Made by a program: the position numbers and the translations under genes. The notes under the pieces were generated by a model that had not been told where the DNA came from, made no database searches, and saw only the letters and a program-made list of their open reading frames with translations. This document shows, one piece after another, positions 48,653-58,965 of a DNA stretch of 64,000 bases (positions within the stretch are counted from its first letter, which is position 1; the number at the start of each line of letters is the position of its first letter). The stretch is taken from positions 269,610 to 333,609 of the forward strand of contig BPKH01000001.1 in assembly GCA_026005035.1 (NCBI GenBank). Reading direction: 5' to 3'. The DNA is from Porticoccaceae bacterium (GTDB lineage Bacteria; Pseudomonadota; Gammaproteobacteria; Pseudomonadales; Porticoccaceae).

Positions 48653-49111
48653 GTGACCGAATCCCTGCCCGCCAAGGCGCGGCTCGCCGAGGCGATGAAA
48701 GCGGCCCTCAAGGCCGGCGACAAGCCCCGGCTGGGGGCCTTGCGGCTGATCCACGCCGAAATCCAGCGCGCCGAAGTTGACGCCCGCAAGAACCTGGACG
48801 AACCGGGACTCGTCGCCCTGCTGGAGCGCATGGTCAAGCAGCGGCGCGAGGCCGCCGAGCAGTACCGCCGCGGGGGGCGCGAAGAGCTCGCCGCCCGGGA
48901 AGAGGCGGAAATCGCCGTCATCCGCGAGTTTCTGCCCGAGCCCTTGAGCGAGGCGGAGGTGACCGCCCTGGTGGAGGAAGCCCTCGCCGCCTGCGGCGCC
49001 CGCACCGCCCGCGACCTGGGCGCGGTGATGCAATACTTAAAGCCCCGCCTCCAGGGCCGCGCCGACCTGGGGGAAGTCAGCCGCAGGGTGCGGGCTCGCC
49101 TCCAGGGTTGA
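48653..49111 (+). CDS. GatB/YqeY domain-containing protein
   Basis: ORF 48653..49111. ...AMKAALKAGDKPRLGALRLIHAEIQ...REEAEIAVIREFLP...DLGAVMQYLKPRLQGRADLGEVSRRV. Confidence 0.85.
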   Translation: MTESLPAKARLAEAMKAALKAGDKPRLGALRLIHAEIQRAEVDARKNLDEPGLVALLERMVKQRREAAEQYRRGGREELAAREEAEIAVIREFLPEPLSEAEVTALVEEALAACGARTARDLGAVMQYLKPRLQGRADLGEVSRRVRARLQG

Positions 49112-49175
49112 GCCGGTCGTTGACGGTTGCCCTGCGGCGCCGGAGACTGACCACCAGACCGCACCTGGGGCTCCT

Positions 49176-51122
49176 ATGGCGCGCATTCCCCAGTCCTTCA
49201 TCGACGACTTGCTGGCGCGGGTGGACCTCGTCGAGCTGATCGGCGAGCGGGTGGAGCTGCGCAAAGCGGGGCGCAGCTACAAGGGGCTTTGCCCCTTTCA
49301 CGCCGAGCGCACCCCCTCCTTCACCGTCAGCCCGGACAAGGGGCTGTACCACTGTTTCGGCTGCGGTGCCGGAGGCAACGCCATCGGCTTTTTGATGGAA
49401 CACGATCGGCTGGGATTCGTCGAAGCGGTGGAGCAGCTGGCCCGCCGGCTGGGCATCGAAGTGCCCCGAGAGGGGGAGAGCGAGGAAAGCGCGTCCAGCC
49501 GGCGGCGGCGCGCCCTCTACGACCTCCTCGGCCGCGCCGCCGACTACTACCGCGAACAGCTCGCCGCCCACCCCGCCGCGGCGCGCGCCCGCCGCTACCT
49601 GCAAAAGCGAGGCATCGCACCGGAGGTGGCCGCCCGCTTCGGCATCGGCTACGCGCCGCCCGGCTGGGACAATCTGGTGCGCGCCCTGGGGGGCGGCGCC
49701 GAGGCGCGCGCCCTCCTGGTGGAGGCGGGCCTGGCGGCGCACCGGGAGCGCGAACCGGAGCGGATCTACGACCGCTTCCGGGACCGCCTGATCTTCCCCA
49801 TCCGGGACCCGCGGGGGCGCACCCTGGGCTTCGGCGCCCGCCTGCACGAGGAGCAAAGCGGTAACCGCGGCCCAAAATACCTCAACTCGCCCGAAACCCC
49901 CCTCTTCCACAAGGGGCGGGAACTGTACGGCCTCTACGAGGCCCTGCGCGCGGAGCGCGAGCCCGCGTCCCTGGTGGTGGTGGAAGGCTACCTGGACGTG
50001 GTCTCCCTGGCCCAGCACGGGGTGGCCAACGCCGTCGCCACCCTGGGCACCGCGGTGACCCGGGATCATCTGGAAAAGCTGTTTCGCACAACGAGCGAAC
50101 TCGTCTTTTGCTTCGACGGCGACGCCGCCGGCCGCGCCGCCGCCCGCCGCGCCCTGGAGACCTGTCTACCGCTTCTCGAAGACGGGCGCACGGTGCGCTT
50201 CCTGCTGCTTCCCCAGGGAGAAGATCCCGATTCCCTGGTGCGCGCCCGGGGCGGCGAGCACTTTCGCGCCCTGGTGCGGGAGGCCCCCTCCCTCTCCGAG
50301 TTCCTGTTCGCCCAACTGGGCGCGGAGGAAGCCCATACGCCGGACCAGCTGGCCCGCCTGTGCCGCACCGCCCTGCCCCTCCTCGCGCGCATTCCGGGCG
50401 CGGTGCTGCGGCGTCTGCTGCGCCGGGCGCTGGCCGAGCGGCTGGGCTTGGCGGAGGAGGAACTGGAGGCCTTGGCCGAGCCCCCGCCACGCGTCGCCGC
50501 TCCCGCCCCGGCTCCACCCCCGGCGCCGGTTGCCCGCCGTCCGCCACCCGGGGCCGAGCGGTCGCCCGAGCGCAGCGTCCGGCCGTCCGTGCGCCTCACC
50601 CCGGCGCGGCGGGCGGTGCTGTTGCTCCTCGCCAACCCCGCCCTCCATCGGGAAATCCCCGACCCGCAGCGACTGCGCGCCCTCGACGATCCCCACGCCG
50701 CGACCCTCGCCGACCTGGTGCAGATCCTCGCCCGCCACCCCCAGTTCTCCCTCAACCAGCTGCTCGGCCACTGGCGCGGTCTGCACGGCGCGCAGCGGGC
50801 CCGGGAACTGGAGGAGCTGGTGGAGGCGGGGTTGGTGGCGCCGCGCGCCGACCGGGACGATCGGGCGGAACTGCGGGACGTGGTGGCCCGGCTGTCCAGC
50901 CGCCTGGAAGAATCGCGCCACCCCCGGGAGCGGCTCGAGGCGCTCCTCGCCCGGGGCGAGCTCGACTTGGCGGAGCGCAAGCTCGTCCAGGTGCTGTACG
51001 CGCGCCTTCCCCCCGCCGACCGCGAGGCGTTGCGCGAGCCGGTGCAAGCCGTCCTGGCGCGGGGCGCCCGCCGCGCCCCGAGCACCGCTCCCCGCGGACG
51101 ACCCGAGCAAAAAGGGCGGTAA
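49176..51122 (+). CDS. dnaG: DNA primase
   Basis: MARIPQSFIDDLLARVDLVELIG...; zinc finger CPFHAERTPSFTVSPDKGLYHCFGCGAGG; TOPRIM VVVEGYLDV. Confidence 0.95.
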   Translation: MARIPQSFIDDLLARVDLVELIGERVELRKAGRSYKGLCPFHAERTPSFTVSPDKGLYHCFGCGAGGNAIGFLMEHDRLGFVEAVEQLARRLGIEVPREGESEESASSRRRRALYDLLGRAADYYREQLAAHPAAARARRYLQKRGIAPEVAARFGIGYAPPGWDNLVRALGGGAEARALLVEAGLAAHREREPERIYDRFRDRLIFPIRDPRGRTLGFGARLHEEQSGNRGPKYLNSPETPLFHKGRELYGLYEALRAEREPASLVVVEGYLDVVSLAQHGVANAVATLGTAVTRDHLEKLFRTTSELVFCFDGDAAGRAAARRALETCLPLLEDGRTVRFLLLPQGEDPDSLVRARGGEHFRALVREAPSLSEFLFAQLGAEEAHTPDQLARLCRTALPLLARIPGAVLRRLLRRALAERLGLAEEELEALAEPPPRVAAPAPAPPPAPVARRPPPGAERSPERSVRPSVRLTPARRAVLLLLANPALHREIPDPQRLRALDDPHAATLADLVQILARHPQFSLNQLLGHWRGLHGAQRARELEELVEAGLVAPRADRDDRAELRDVVARLSSRLEESRHPRERLEALLARGELDLAERKLVQVLYARLPPADREALREPVQAVLARGARRAPSTAPRGRPEQKGR

Positions 51123-51253
51123 ATCGGCGCGTCCTGTCCTAGGCTTGTCGTGGCCTTGAAAAACCAGGACCCGCACCGATAACCAAAGGGCGCTATAATT
51201 GCGCGTTTCCCATGTCTCTCTGCAGACCCAATCCATCCGACCGCGGAACAGCC

Positions 51254-53065
<1,812 letters not shown>

Positions 53066-53089
53066 GCGGGCGGCGCCCTTGCCGGGGAG

Positions 53090-54668
53090 TTGGGAGTGAC
53101 CGCGCCCGACTACTCTTTCGCCCCCTTTCTGGCGCGCCGCCAAACGGCCGACTACTACCGCGACGCCGAGCTGCTGCCGCAGCTCTTCCACCACTACGCC
53201 GGCGAGCGGGCTGCCCGGCTCGAATTCGGCATCGAGGGGCTGGCCGCAGAGGCCGCCGGCCGCTATCGCGCTTGGGCGGAAACCGCGGCCCTGCCCGAGA
53301 ACCGCCCCTGGCTGCTGCCCTACGACGGCCACGGCAACCGGGTCGACCGGATCGTGCGGCCCCTCGAGACGCGCCTCATGGAGCGGGAGATCTTCGGCCT
53401 CGGGCTCTTCCGCGCCGCCGTCGACCCCTGGGAGCGCCTCGTCAAGCTCCTCATCCTCCACCAGAACGGCGAACACGGTGTGGCCTGCGCCCTCGCCTGC
53501 ACCCAGGGCCTGGTGGTGCTCGGCGACGCCCTGGCGCCCGAGCTTGCGCCACCGGTGCGCGAAGCCTGGCAGCACTGCAAGGAAGGGCGCGACGGCGACT
53601 ATGGGATCGCCGCCCAGTTTCTGAGCGAGATCCAGGGGGGCTCGGACGTCGCCGCCAACCGCGCGAGTGCCGTGCCCGACGGCCCCGCCTACCGCCTTGC
53701 GGGGACCAAGTTCTTCTGCAGCGCGGCCCACGCCGACTACGCCCTGGTGACCGCCAGGGTGGCGGGCGACGAGGGGGTGAGCCTCTTCCTGGTGCCCACC
53801 TGGCTCACCGCCGAAGACCGCGCCGCCGAGCGGCGGAACCACCAGCGCATCCGGCGCCTGAAACGCAAGCTGGGCACCTGGGAGCTGCCCACCGCGGAAA
53901 TCGAATACGACGGGGCGCTCGCCTGGCTGGTGGGCCGGCGTGGCCGCGGCCTGCCCCTGGTGGTGGCCCACGTGCTCACCACCTCCCGCCTAGCGGTGAG
54001 CATCTTCAACGTCGCCGCCATGTTGCGGGCGTTTCGGGAAGCGCGCCTCTACGCCGAGTTTCGCACCGTCTTCGGTCGGCCCGTGGGCCAGTGGCCCCTC
54101 ACCGCCGCCCTGCTGGAGGACCTGCGCGCCCGCGTGCGGGAAAGCCTCGCCGGGCTCTTTGCGGTGCACGCCGAGCACCTTGCACTCGGCGGCGTGGGGG
54201 TGGGCTTCCCCCGTGACGCCGACCTCGACCTGCGCCGGCGCCGCCTGCGGCTGCGCTTGCTGATCCTGTTGCAAAAAGCCACCACCGCCCGAGACTGCGT
54301 GGTCTTCCTCGAGCGCGCCCTGTCGGTCTTCGGCGGCCACGGGGTGATGGAATGCTTTTCCGACCTGCCGCGGCTGCTGCGCGACGCCCACGTCAACGAG
54401 CAGTGGGAGGGGCCGCGCAACCTGCTGCTCTATCAGATCTACCACGACCTGCGGCGGGCCGCCGAGTGGTACCCCCGCCGCCATCTGCCTGGGCGACCTG
54501 GCGGGAGATGCGGACCCGGCGCTGTTTGCAGAGCTCGCCTCGGTGGTGGAGGAAGGCGCCCTCGACGCTGCGCCCGAGCCCTTCGCACTCGAGCGGGCGC
54601 GAGTGTGGGAGCGCGGCCTCGAAGAGATCATGCACCGCTTCCAGCGCGGCGCCCTGGCGGTCCTCTGA
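53090..54668 (+). pseudogene. acyl-CoA dehydrogenase family protein (AidB-like); C-terminus shifted by a 1-nt insertion (C5 54472..54476) as assembled
   Basis: ...FLSEIQGGSDVAAN...LAGTKFFCSAA...GTWELPTAEIEYDGA...VFGGHGVMECFSDLPRLLRDAHVNEQWEGPRNLL. After YP the next frame reads AAICLGDLAGDADPALFAEL...MHRFQRGALAVL* (stop 54666..54668). As written, the ORF runs on into REP repeats to 54859. Confidence 0.6.
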
Positions 54669-54705
54669 CCGCGGGCCCGGACGGGCGCCAACGCGCCACC
54701 CCCAG

Positions 54706-54895
54706 CCGGATTCCGGCGCTGCGCGCCTACATCCGGGCTACCGCGAACGCACCCCGCACGCCGAGTCGTCCCGCAGCCCCAATGGAGCGTAGGAGCGTAG
54801 CCCGGATGGAGCGAAGCGGAATCCGGGGAACACCATCCGACCGCAGGCACCCCTCGTAAACCCCGGATTCCGGCGCTGCGCGCCTTCGTCCGGGC
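54706..54895. repeat. REP/REPIN-like repeats (54706..54741 rev, 54797..54828 fwd, 54861..54895 rev)
   Basis: Same family as above. The 54797..54895 doublet shares the arm-spacer-arm layout and spacer words (CCATCCGAC...CACCCCTC) with 851..954 and 48173..48272. Confidence 0.8.
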
Positions 54896-54921
54896 GCGCG
54901 CCTGCCCGCGGTCTTGCGGCC

Positions 54922-54950
54922 TTGCCTTCATCCCCCCCGCCGTCTATACT
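54922..54950 (+). promoter_or_regulatory. sigma70-type promoter of the CAU tRNA
   Basis: TTGCCT (54922..54927), 17 nt, TATACT (54945..54950), then the GC-rich discriminator GCCCCGGTCGC before the tRNA 5' end. Confidence 0.5.
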
Positions 54951-54961
54951 GCCCCGGTCGC

Positions 54962-55037
54962 GGGCCCATAGCTCAGCGGTCAGAGCTGGCGACTCATAAT
55001 CGCTCGGTCGCAGGTTCGAATCCTGCTGGGCCCACCA
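54962..55037 (+). tRNA. tRNA with CAU anticodon, most likely tRNA-Ile2 (lysidine-modified) rather than elongator or initiator Met
   Basis: GGGCCCA TA GCTC AGCGGTCA GAGC T GGCGA CTCATAA TCGCT CGGTC GCAGG TTCGAAT CCTGC TGGGCCC A CCA. The anticodon stem-loop GGCGACTCATAATCGCT equals the E. coli ileX one as I recall it. The G1-C72 pair and the lack of a GGG/CCC anticodon stem argue against initiator tRNA. Confidence 0.85.
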
Positions 55038-55039
55038 CT

Positions 55040-55237
55040 TCACCCGCCGGCATCGGCACCCTTGCAGGTGGAGAAGCCCAGCAGGCGGTACACCGGGCAG
55101 AACCCCACGGCCGCCGAGAGCAGCAGCACCACGCCCAAAAGTCCCCACCAGGATTCGGCGTAGACGCCCCATCCGATGATCGCCAGGCCGAGCACGGCCC
55201 GCAGCCAGCGGTCCCACTTGCCCAGATTGCATTCCAT
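55040..55237 (-). CDS. DUF2892 (YgaP-like) small membrane protein
   Basis: ATG 55237 follows GAGGGGG, inside ORF 55040..55303. MECNLGKWDRWLRAVLGLAIIGWGVYAESWWGLLGVVLLLSAAVGFCPVYRLLGFSTC. Confidence 0.65.
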   Translation of the reverse strand: MECNLGKWDRWLRAVLGLAIIGWGVYAESWWGLLGVVLLLSAAVGFCPVYRLLGFSTCKGADAGG

Positions 55238-55350
55238 CACTACCCCCTCTTTTTTTGCTCCGCGAGGTGTTTTTACGTTAGTCGCCCGCCGCGCCGCGCG
55301 CAAGGCGAGAGGATATACTGGCGGCGGGGTGCAAAGAGGATGGCGAGCGG

Positions 55351-56352
55351 ATGGATGCCGCCCGGATGCAGGCGGTGATGTTCCCTGGGCCGGGACGTCC
55401 CCTGGCCGTGGTGGAACTGCCCGTCCCCCGGCCGGGTCCCGGCGAGGTCCTGCTCACCGTGAGCGCCTGCGGCATCTGCGGCAGTGATCTCGCCATGACC
55501 GCAGGGGGTGCCTTCGGCTACCCGCCGGGGCGCCTGCTGGGGCACGAGTTCGGCGGCAGGGTGGTGGCGCGCGGCCCCGGCGCCACTCGCTTCGCTCCCG
55601 GCCAGCGGGTGGCCTGCCTGCCGGCTCGCTTCTGCGGCAACTGCGAGCGCTGCCGCGCCGGCCGCCCCCTCTTCTGTAGCGCCGGCGGAGCGGTCACGGG
55701 GGGAATGGCCGAGTTCGCGGCGGTGCCGGAAAGCTCCCTGTTCGCCCTGCCCGACGGCGTCGCCGACGAGGCGGCGGCGTTGGCAGAACCGCTCGCCTGC
55801 GGCCGCAAGGCGCTGCGCACCGCCGCCTTTGCACCCGGCCAAGACCTCACCCTGGTGGGAGCGGGGTCGATGGCCCTGGCGGTGCTCTTTTGGGCGCGCC
55901 GGCTGGGGGCCGGGCGAATCCGGGTGATCACCGGCTCGCCCACCCGCCGGGCGGCCGCAGAGGCCTTCGGGGCGGACGACTTCCTGGAGCCGGGCCAGCC
56001 CGCTCCGCCCGATTCCCTGGTGGTGGAGTGCACCGGAGCCGCCGGCGCCCTGGAGGCCGCCCTCCAGTGGCTCGCCCCCGGCGGGGCGCTCGTCTCCCTC
56101 GGCATGGGCATGGCGAGCGAACCCCTGGTGCCGGCGGCCCTCGCCTTTCGCGAGATCAGCCTCCACTTTCCGGTGGGCTACGCGGTCGAGGATTTCGCCG
56201 CCACCGTCCGAGCGCTCGCCGCGGCGCCGGAGGTGGCGGCAATGGTGAGCGAGTGCGTGCCCCTCGCCGCGGTGCCCGCCGCCTTTGAGCGGCTCCGCCG
56301 CGGCCAGGCGCGCAGCAAGGTCCTGGTCGTTCCCCGCGGGGGCCATTCGTGA
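55351..56352 (+). CDS. zinc-binding alcohol dehydrogenase (MDR family)
   Basis: SACGICGSDL, GHEFGG, structural-Zn motif CGNCERCRAGRPLFC, Rossmann LVGAGSMAL. Confidence 0.8.
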   Translation: MDAARMQAVMFPGPGRPLAVVELPVPRPGPGEVLLTVSACGICGSDLAMTAGGAFGYPPGRLLGHEFGGRVVARGPGATRFAPGQRVACLPARFCGNCERCRAGRPLFCSAGGAVTGGMAEFAAVPESSLFALPDGVADEAAALAEPLACGRKALRTAAFAPGQDLTLVGAGSMALAVLFWARRLGAGRIRVITGSPTRRAAAEAFGADDFLEPGQPAPPDSLVVECTGAAGALEAALQWLAPGGALVSLGMGMASEPLVPAALAFREISLHFPVGYAVEDFAATVRALAAAPEVAAMVSECVPLAAVPAAFERLRRGQARSKVLVVPRGGHS

Positions 56353-57734
56353 GGCTTTCCTTCCACGGCGCCGCCCGGGGGGTCACCGGCTCCTGCCACC
56401 TGGTGGAGTGCGCTGGCAAGCGGATCCTGGTGGACTGCGGGCTCTTCCAGGGCGGCCGGGACCTGACCGCCGCCAACACCACCCCCTTCGGCTTCGATCC
56501 CGCCGCGGTGGACGTGCTCCTTTTGACCCACGCCCACCTGGACCACTGCGGGCGCCTGCCGCTCCTCGCCAAGCGGGGCTTTCGCGGCGAGGTGGTGTGC
56601 ACGGCGGCCACCCGCGACCTGGCCAAACTGGTGCTCTTGGACGCCGCCCACCTCCAGGAGGAGGAGGCGCGCTGGCGCAACCGCAAGGTTTCCCGGCGCG
56701 GCGGCCGGCGCGTCGAGCCCCTCTACACGGTGCTCGACGCCCTCGACAGCTTCGACCTCTTCGGCCGCACCGCCCGCTACGGCAAGTCCCTCTCGCTCGC
56801 TCCGGGCGTGCAGGCGACCTTTTTCGACGCCGGCCACATCCTCGGCTCGGCGAGCATCCTGCTGGAACTGGAAGAGGGAAGGCGGCGGCGCACCCTGCTC
56901 TTTTCGGGGGACGTGGGCAACAGCGGGCGGCCCCTGCTGCGCCCGCCCCAGGTACCGGCCCAGGCGGAGGTGGTGGTCGTGGAGACCACCTACGGCGACC
57001 GCTGCCACCGGCCCCTGGCGCCCTCGGTGGAGGAGCTCTACCAGGCCATCTCCGACACGCTGGCGCGCGGCGGCAACGCCATCATCCCCACTTTCGCCCT
57101 GGAGCGCGCCCAGGAGCTGCTCTTCTACCTGCGCGAGGGCGTCCAAAGGGGCCGCCTTCCGGCGGCCCTCCAGGTCTTCCTCGACTCCCCCATGGCCATT
57201 TCGGCCACCGAGATCTTCCGCCGCCATCCCGAGTGCTGGGGACCGCAGTTGGCGGAGCTGATGCGCCGCGGCATCGATCCGTTCCACCTGCCCGGACTGC
57301 ACTTCACCCGCGAGACCCGGGAGTCCATGGCCCTCAACGCCATCCGGGGCGGCGCGGTGATTCTGGCCGGCTCCGGCATGTGCAACGGCGGGCGCGTGCT
57401 CCACCACCTCAAGCACAACCTCTGGCGCGCCGAATCGAGCGTGATCTTCGTGGGCTTCGCCGCCCGGGGCACGCCCGCGCGCGCGATCATCGACGGCGCC
57501 GACAGCATCCGCCTCTTCGGCGAGCGGATTCCGGTGCGCGCCCGCATCCACACCATCAACGGCTTCTCCGCCCACGCCGACCAGGCGGAGCTGTTGCACT
57601 GGCTCTCGCGCCCTGCGCCGGCGAAGCGGATCTTCCTCGTCCACGGGGAACCGGAGGCCATGGCCGCCTTGGCCGCGCGCCTTTCCGGGAAGCGCGTCTC
57701 CATGCCCCGCCGCGGCACCTCCGCCACCCTCTGA
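56349..57734 (+). CDS. MBL-fold metallo-hydrolase with beta-CASP domain (RNA-metabolising family)
   Basis: GTG 56349 overlaps the ADH stop (GTGA). VDCGLFQG, LLTHAHLDHCGRLP, FDAGHILGS, VVETTYGDR, INGFSAHADQAELL. Confidence 0.8.
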   Translation: MRLSFHGAARGVTGSCHLVECAGKRILVDCGLFQGGRDLTAANTTPFGFDPAAVDVLLLTHAHLDHCGRLPLLAKRGFRGEVVCTAATRDLAKLVLLDAAHLQEEEARWRNRKVSRRGGRRVEPLYTVLDALDSFDLFGRTARYGKSLSLAPGVQATFFDAGHILGSASILLELEEGRRRRTLLFSGDVGNSGRPLLRPPQVPAQAEVVVVETTYGDRCHRPLAPSVEELYQAISDTLARGGNAIIPTFALERAQELLFYLREGVQRGRLPAALQVFLDSPMAISATEIFRRHPECWGPQLAELMRRGIDPFHLPGLHFTRETRESMALNAIRGGAVILAGSGMCNGGRVLHHLKHNLWRAESSVIFVGFAARGTPARAIIDGADSIRLFGERIPVRARIHTINGFSAHADQAELLHWLSRPAPAKRIFLVHGEPEAMAALAARLSGKRVSMPRRGTSATL

Positions 57735-57738
57735 ACCC

Positions 57739-57757
57739 TTGACACCCCCGCTATAAT
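57739..57757 (+). promoter_or_regulatory. possible promoter upstream of the HD-GYP gene (perfect -10, odd -35 spacing)
   Basis: TATAAT lies at 57752..57757, 33 nt before ATG 57790. The nearby TTGACA (57739..57744) is only 7 nt away, so it is not a canonical -35. Confidence 0.35.
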
Positions 57758-57789
57758 CGGTTCCAGCGAAGGCAGGCGGAGGTGCCGCT

Positions 57790-58965
57790 ATGGCGCTGGT
57801 CAAAATTCCGGCCATGCAACTCAAGCCCGGCATGTTCGTCGCCGAGCTCGACCGCCCTTGGCTCGAGACTCCCTTCGCCCTGCAGGGGTTCGTGGTGCGG
57901 GATGACGAAGACGTGCTCTACATCGCCCAGTACGTGGAGTACGTCTACGTCGACCCCGCCTACTCGGGCGGCGCCGTCTTTCTGCCCACCCGCGACCGCC
58001 AGCGGGCGGTGGAGCTCAAGCGGCGCGACATCAAGGCCGACTTCCAACAGGCGCGCGTCGACTACGACAGCGCCCAGATGGCGCTGGAACAGGTGTTCCA
58101 CTCCCTCGAACAGGGGGGGCGGTTGCCCGTCAAGCAGGTGAAGAGCGCGGTGCGGCCGATCATCGATGACGTCTTCCGCAACCGCGACGCCATGGCGGCC
58201 CTGGCGCGGCTGAAGAAGATCGGCGACTACCGCTACCACCACGGGCTGGCCATGGCGGTCTGGGCGGCCCTGCTCGGCAAACACATCGGCCTTTCCCGCG
58301 ACGAGCTGGAAAAGCTGGTGCTCGGCTGCGCCCTGTGCGACGTGGGCATGACCCGCCTGCCGCCGGAGCTGGTGAACAAGGCAGGGGGATACGACGCTCA
58401 GGAGCGGGCGCGCATGCACGAGCATCCACGCCTGGGCGTCGAACTGCTCGCGGAGACGGGGGATGTCGATCCCGAAGTGCTGGCGGTGGTCGAACACCAC
58501 CACGAGCGCCATGACGGCTCCGGGTATCCCCGCGGCCTCGCCGGCACAGCCATTCCCCTCTTCGCCCGCATCGCCGGCCTGGTGGACAGCTTCGACGCCA
58601 TGATTTCGCCGCGACCCCACGCCGCACCGCGCACTTCCTTCGCCGCCATGCAGGAGATCCTGGATGCCAAGGGGCAGCTCTTCCAGGACGAGCTCGTCGA
58701 GCAGTTCCTCCAGGCGGTCGGCCTCTTTCCCATCGGCGCCCTGGTGGAGCTCAACACCGGCGAAGTGGGTGTGGTGGTGCGCCAGAACCCCCACCGGCGC
58801 CTCAAGCCGGAGATCGTGGTGCTCCTCGGCAGCGACAAGCGCCCGCGGGAAAAACCCCTGCTGCTCGACCTGGCGCGGCAGAGCCTGGCCGAGAAGGTGT
58901 GGATCGAGCGAGAGCTGCCCCAGGGGAGCTACGGCCTCGACGGCGAGGAATTCTTCTCCTCGTGA
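57790..58965 (+). CDS. HD-GYP-type phosphodiesterase-like protein with DUF3391-like N-terminus; HD dyad replaced by CD
   Basis: N-terminus MALVKIPAMQLKPGMFVAELDRPW. Domain HHGLAMAVW...GCALCDVGMTRLP (canonical ..LLHDIGK..)...HEHP...HHHERHDGSGYPRGL. Confidence 0.75.
   Translation: MALVKIPAMQLKPGMFVAELDRPWLETPFALQGFVVRDDEDVLYIAQYVEYVYVDPAYSGGAVFLPTRDRQRAVELKRRDIKADFQQARVDYDSAQMALEQVFHSLEQGGRLPVKQVKSAVRPIIDDVFRNRDAMAALARLKKIGDYRYHHGLAMAVWAALLGKHIGLSRDELEKLVLGCALCDVGMTRLPPELVNKAGGYDAQERARMHEHPRLGVELLAETGDVDPEVLAVVEHHHERHDGSGYPRGLAGTAIPLFARIAGLVDSFDAMISPRPHAAPRTSFAAMQEILDAKGQLFQDELVEQFLQAVGLFPIGALVELNTGEVGVVVRQNPHRRLKPEIVVLLGSDKRPREKPLLLDLARQSLAEKVWIERELPQGSYGLDGEEFFSS

Noticed and set aside
51156-51199. 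TTGAAA (51156..51161) and perfect TATAAT (51194..51199) upstream of rpoD as one promoter
   Set aside because: The two boxes are 32 nt apart, too far for a single sigma70 promoter. The TATAAT may belong to an internal rpoD promoter, but I cannot pair it with a -35 element.
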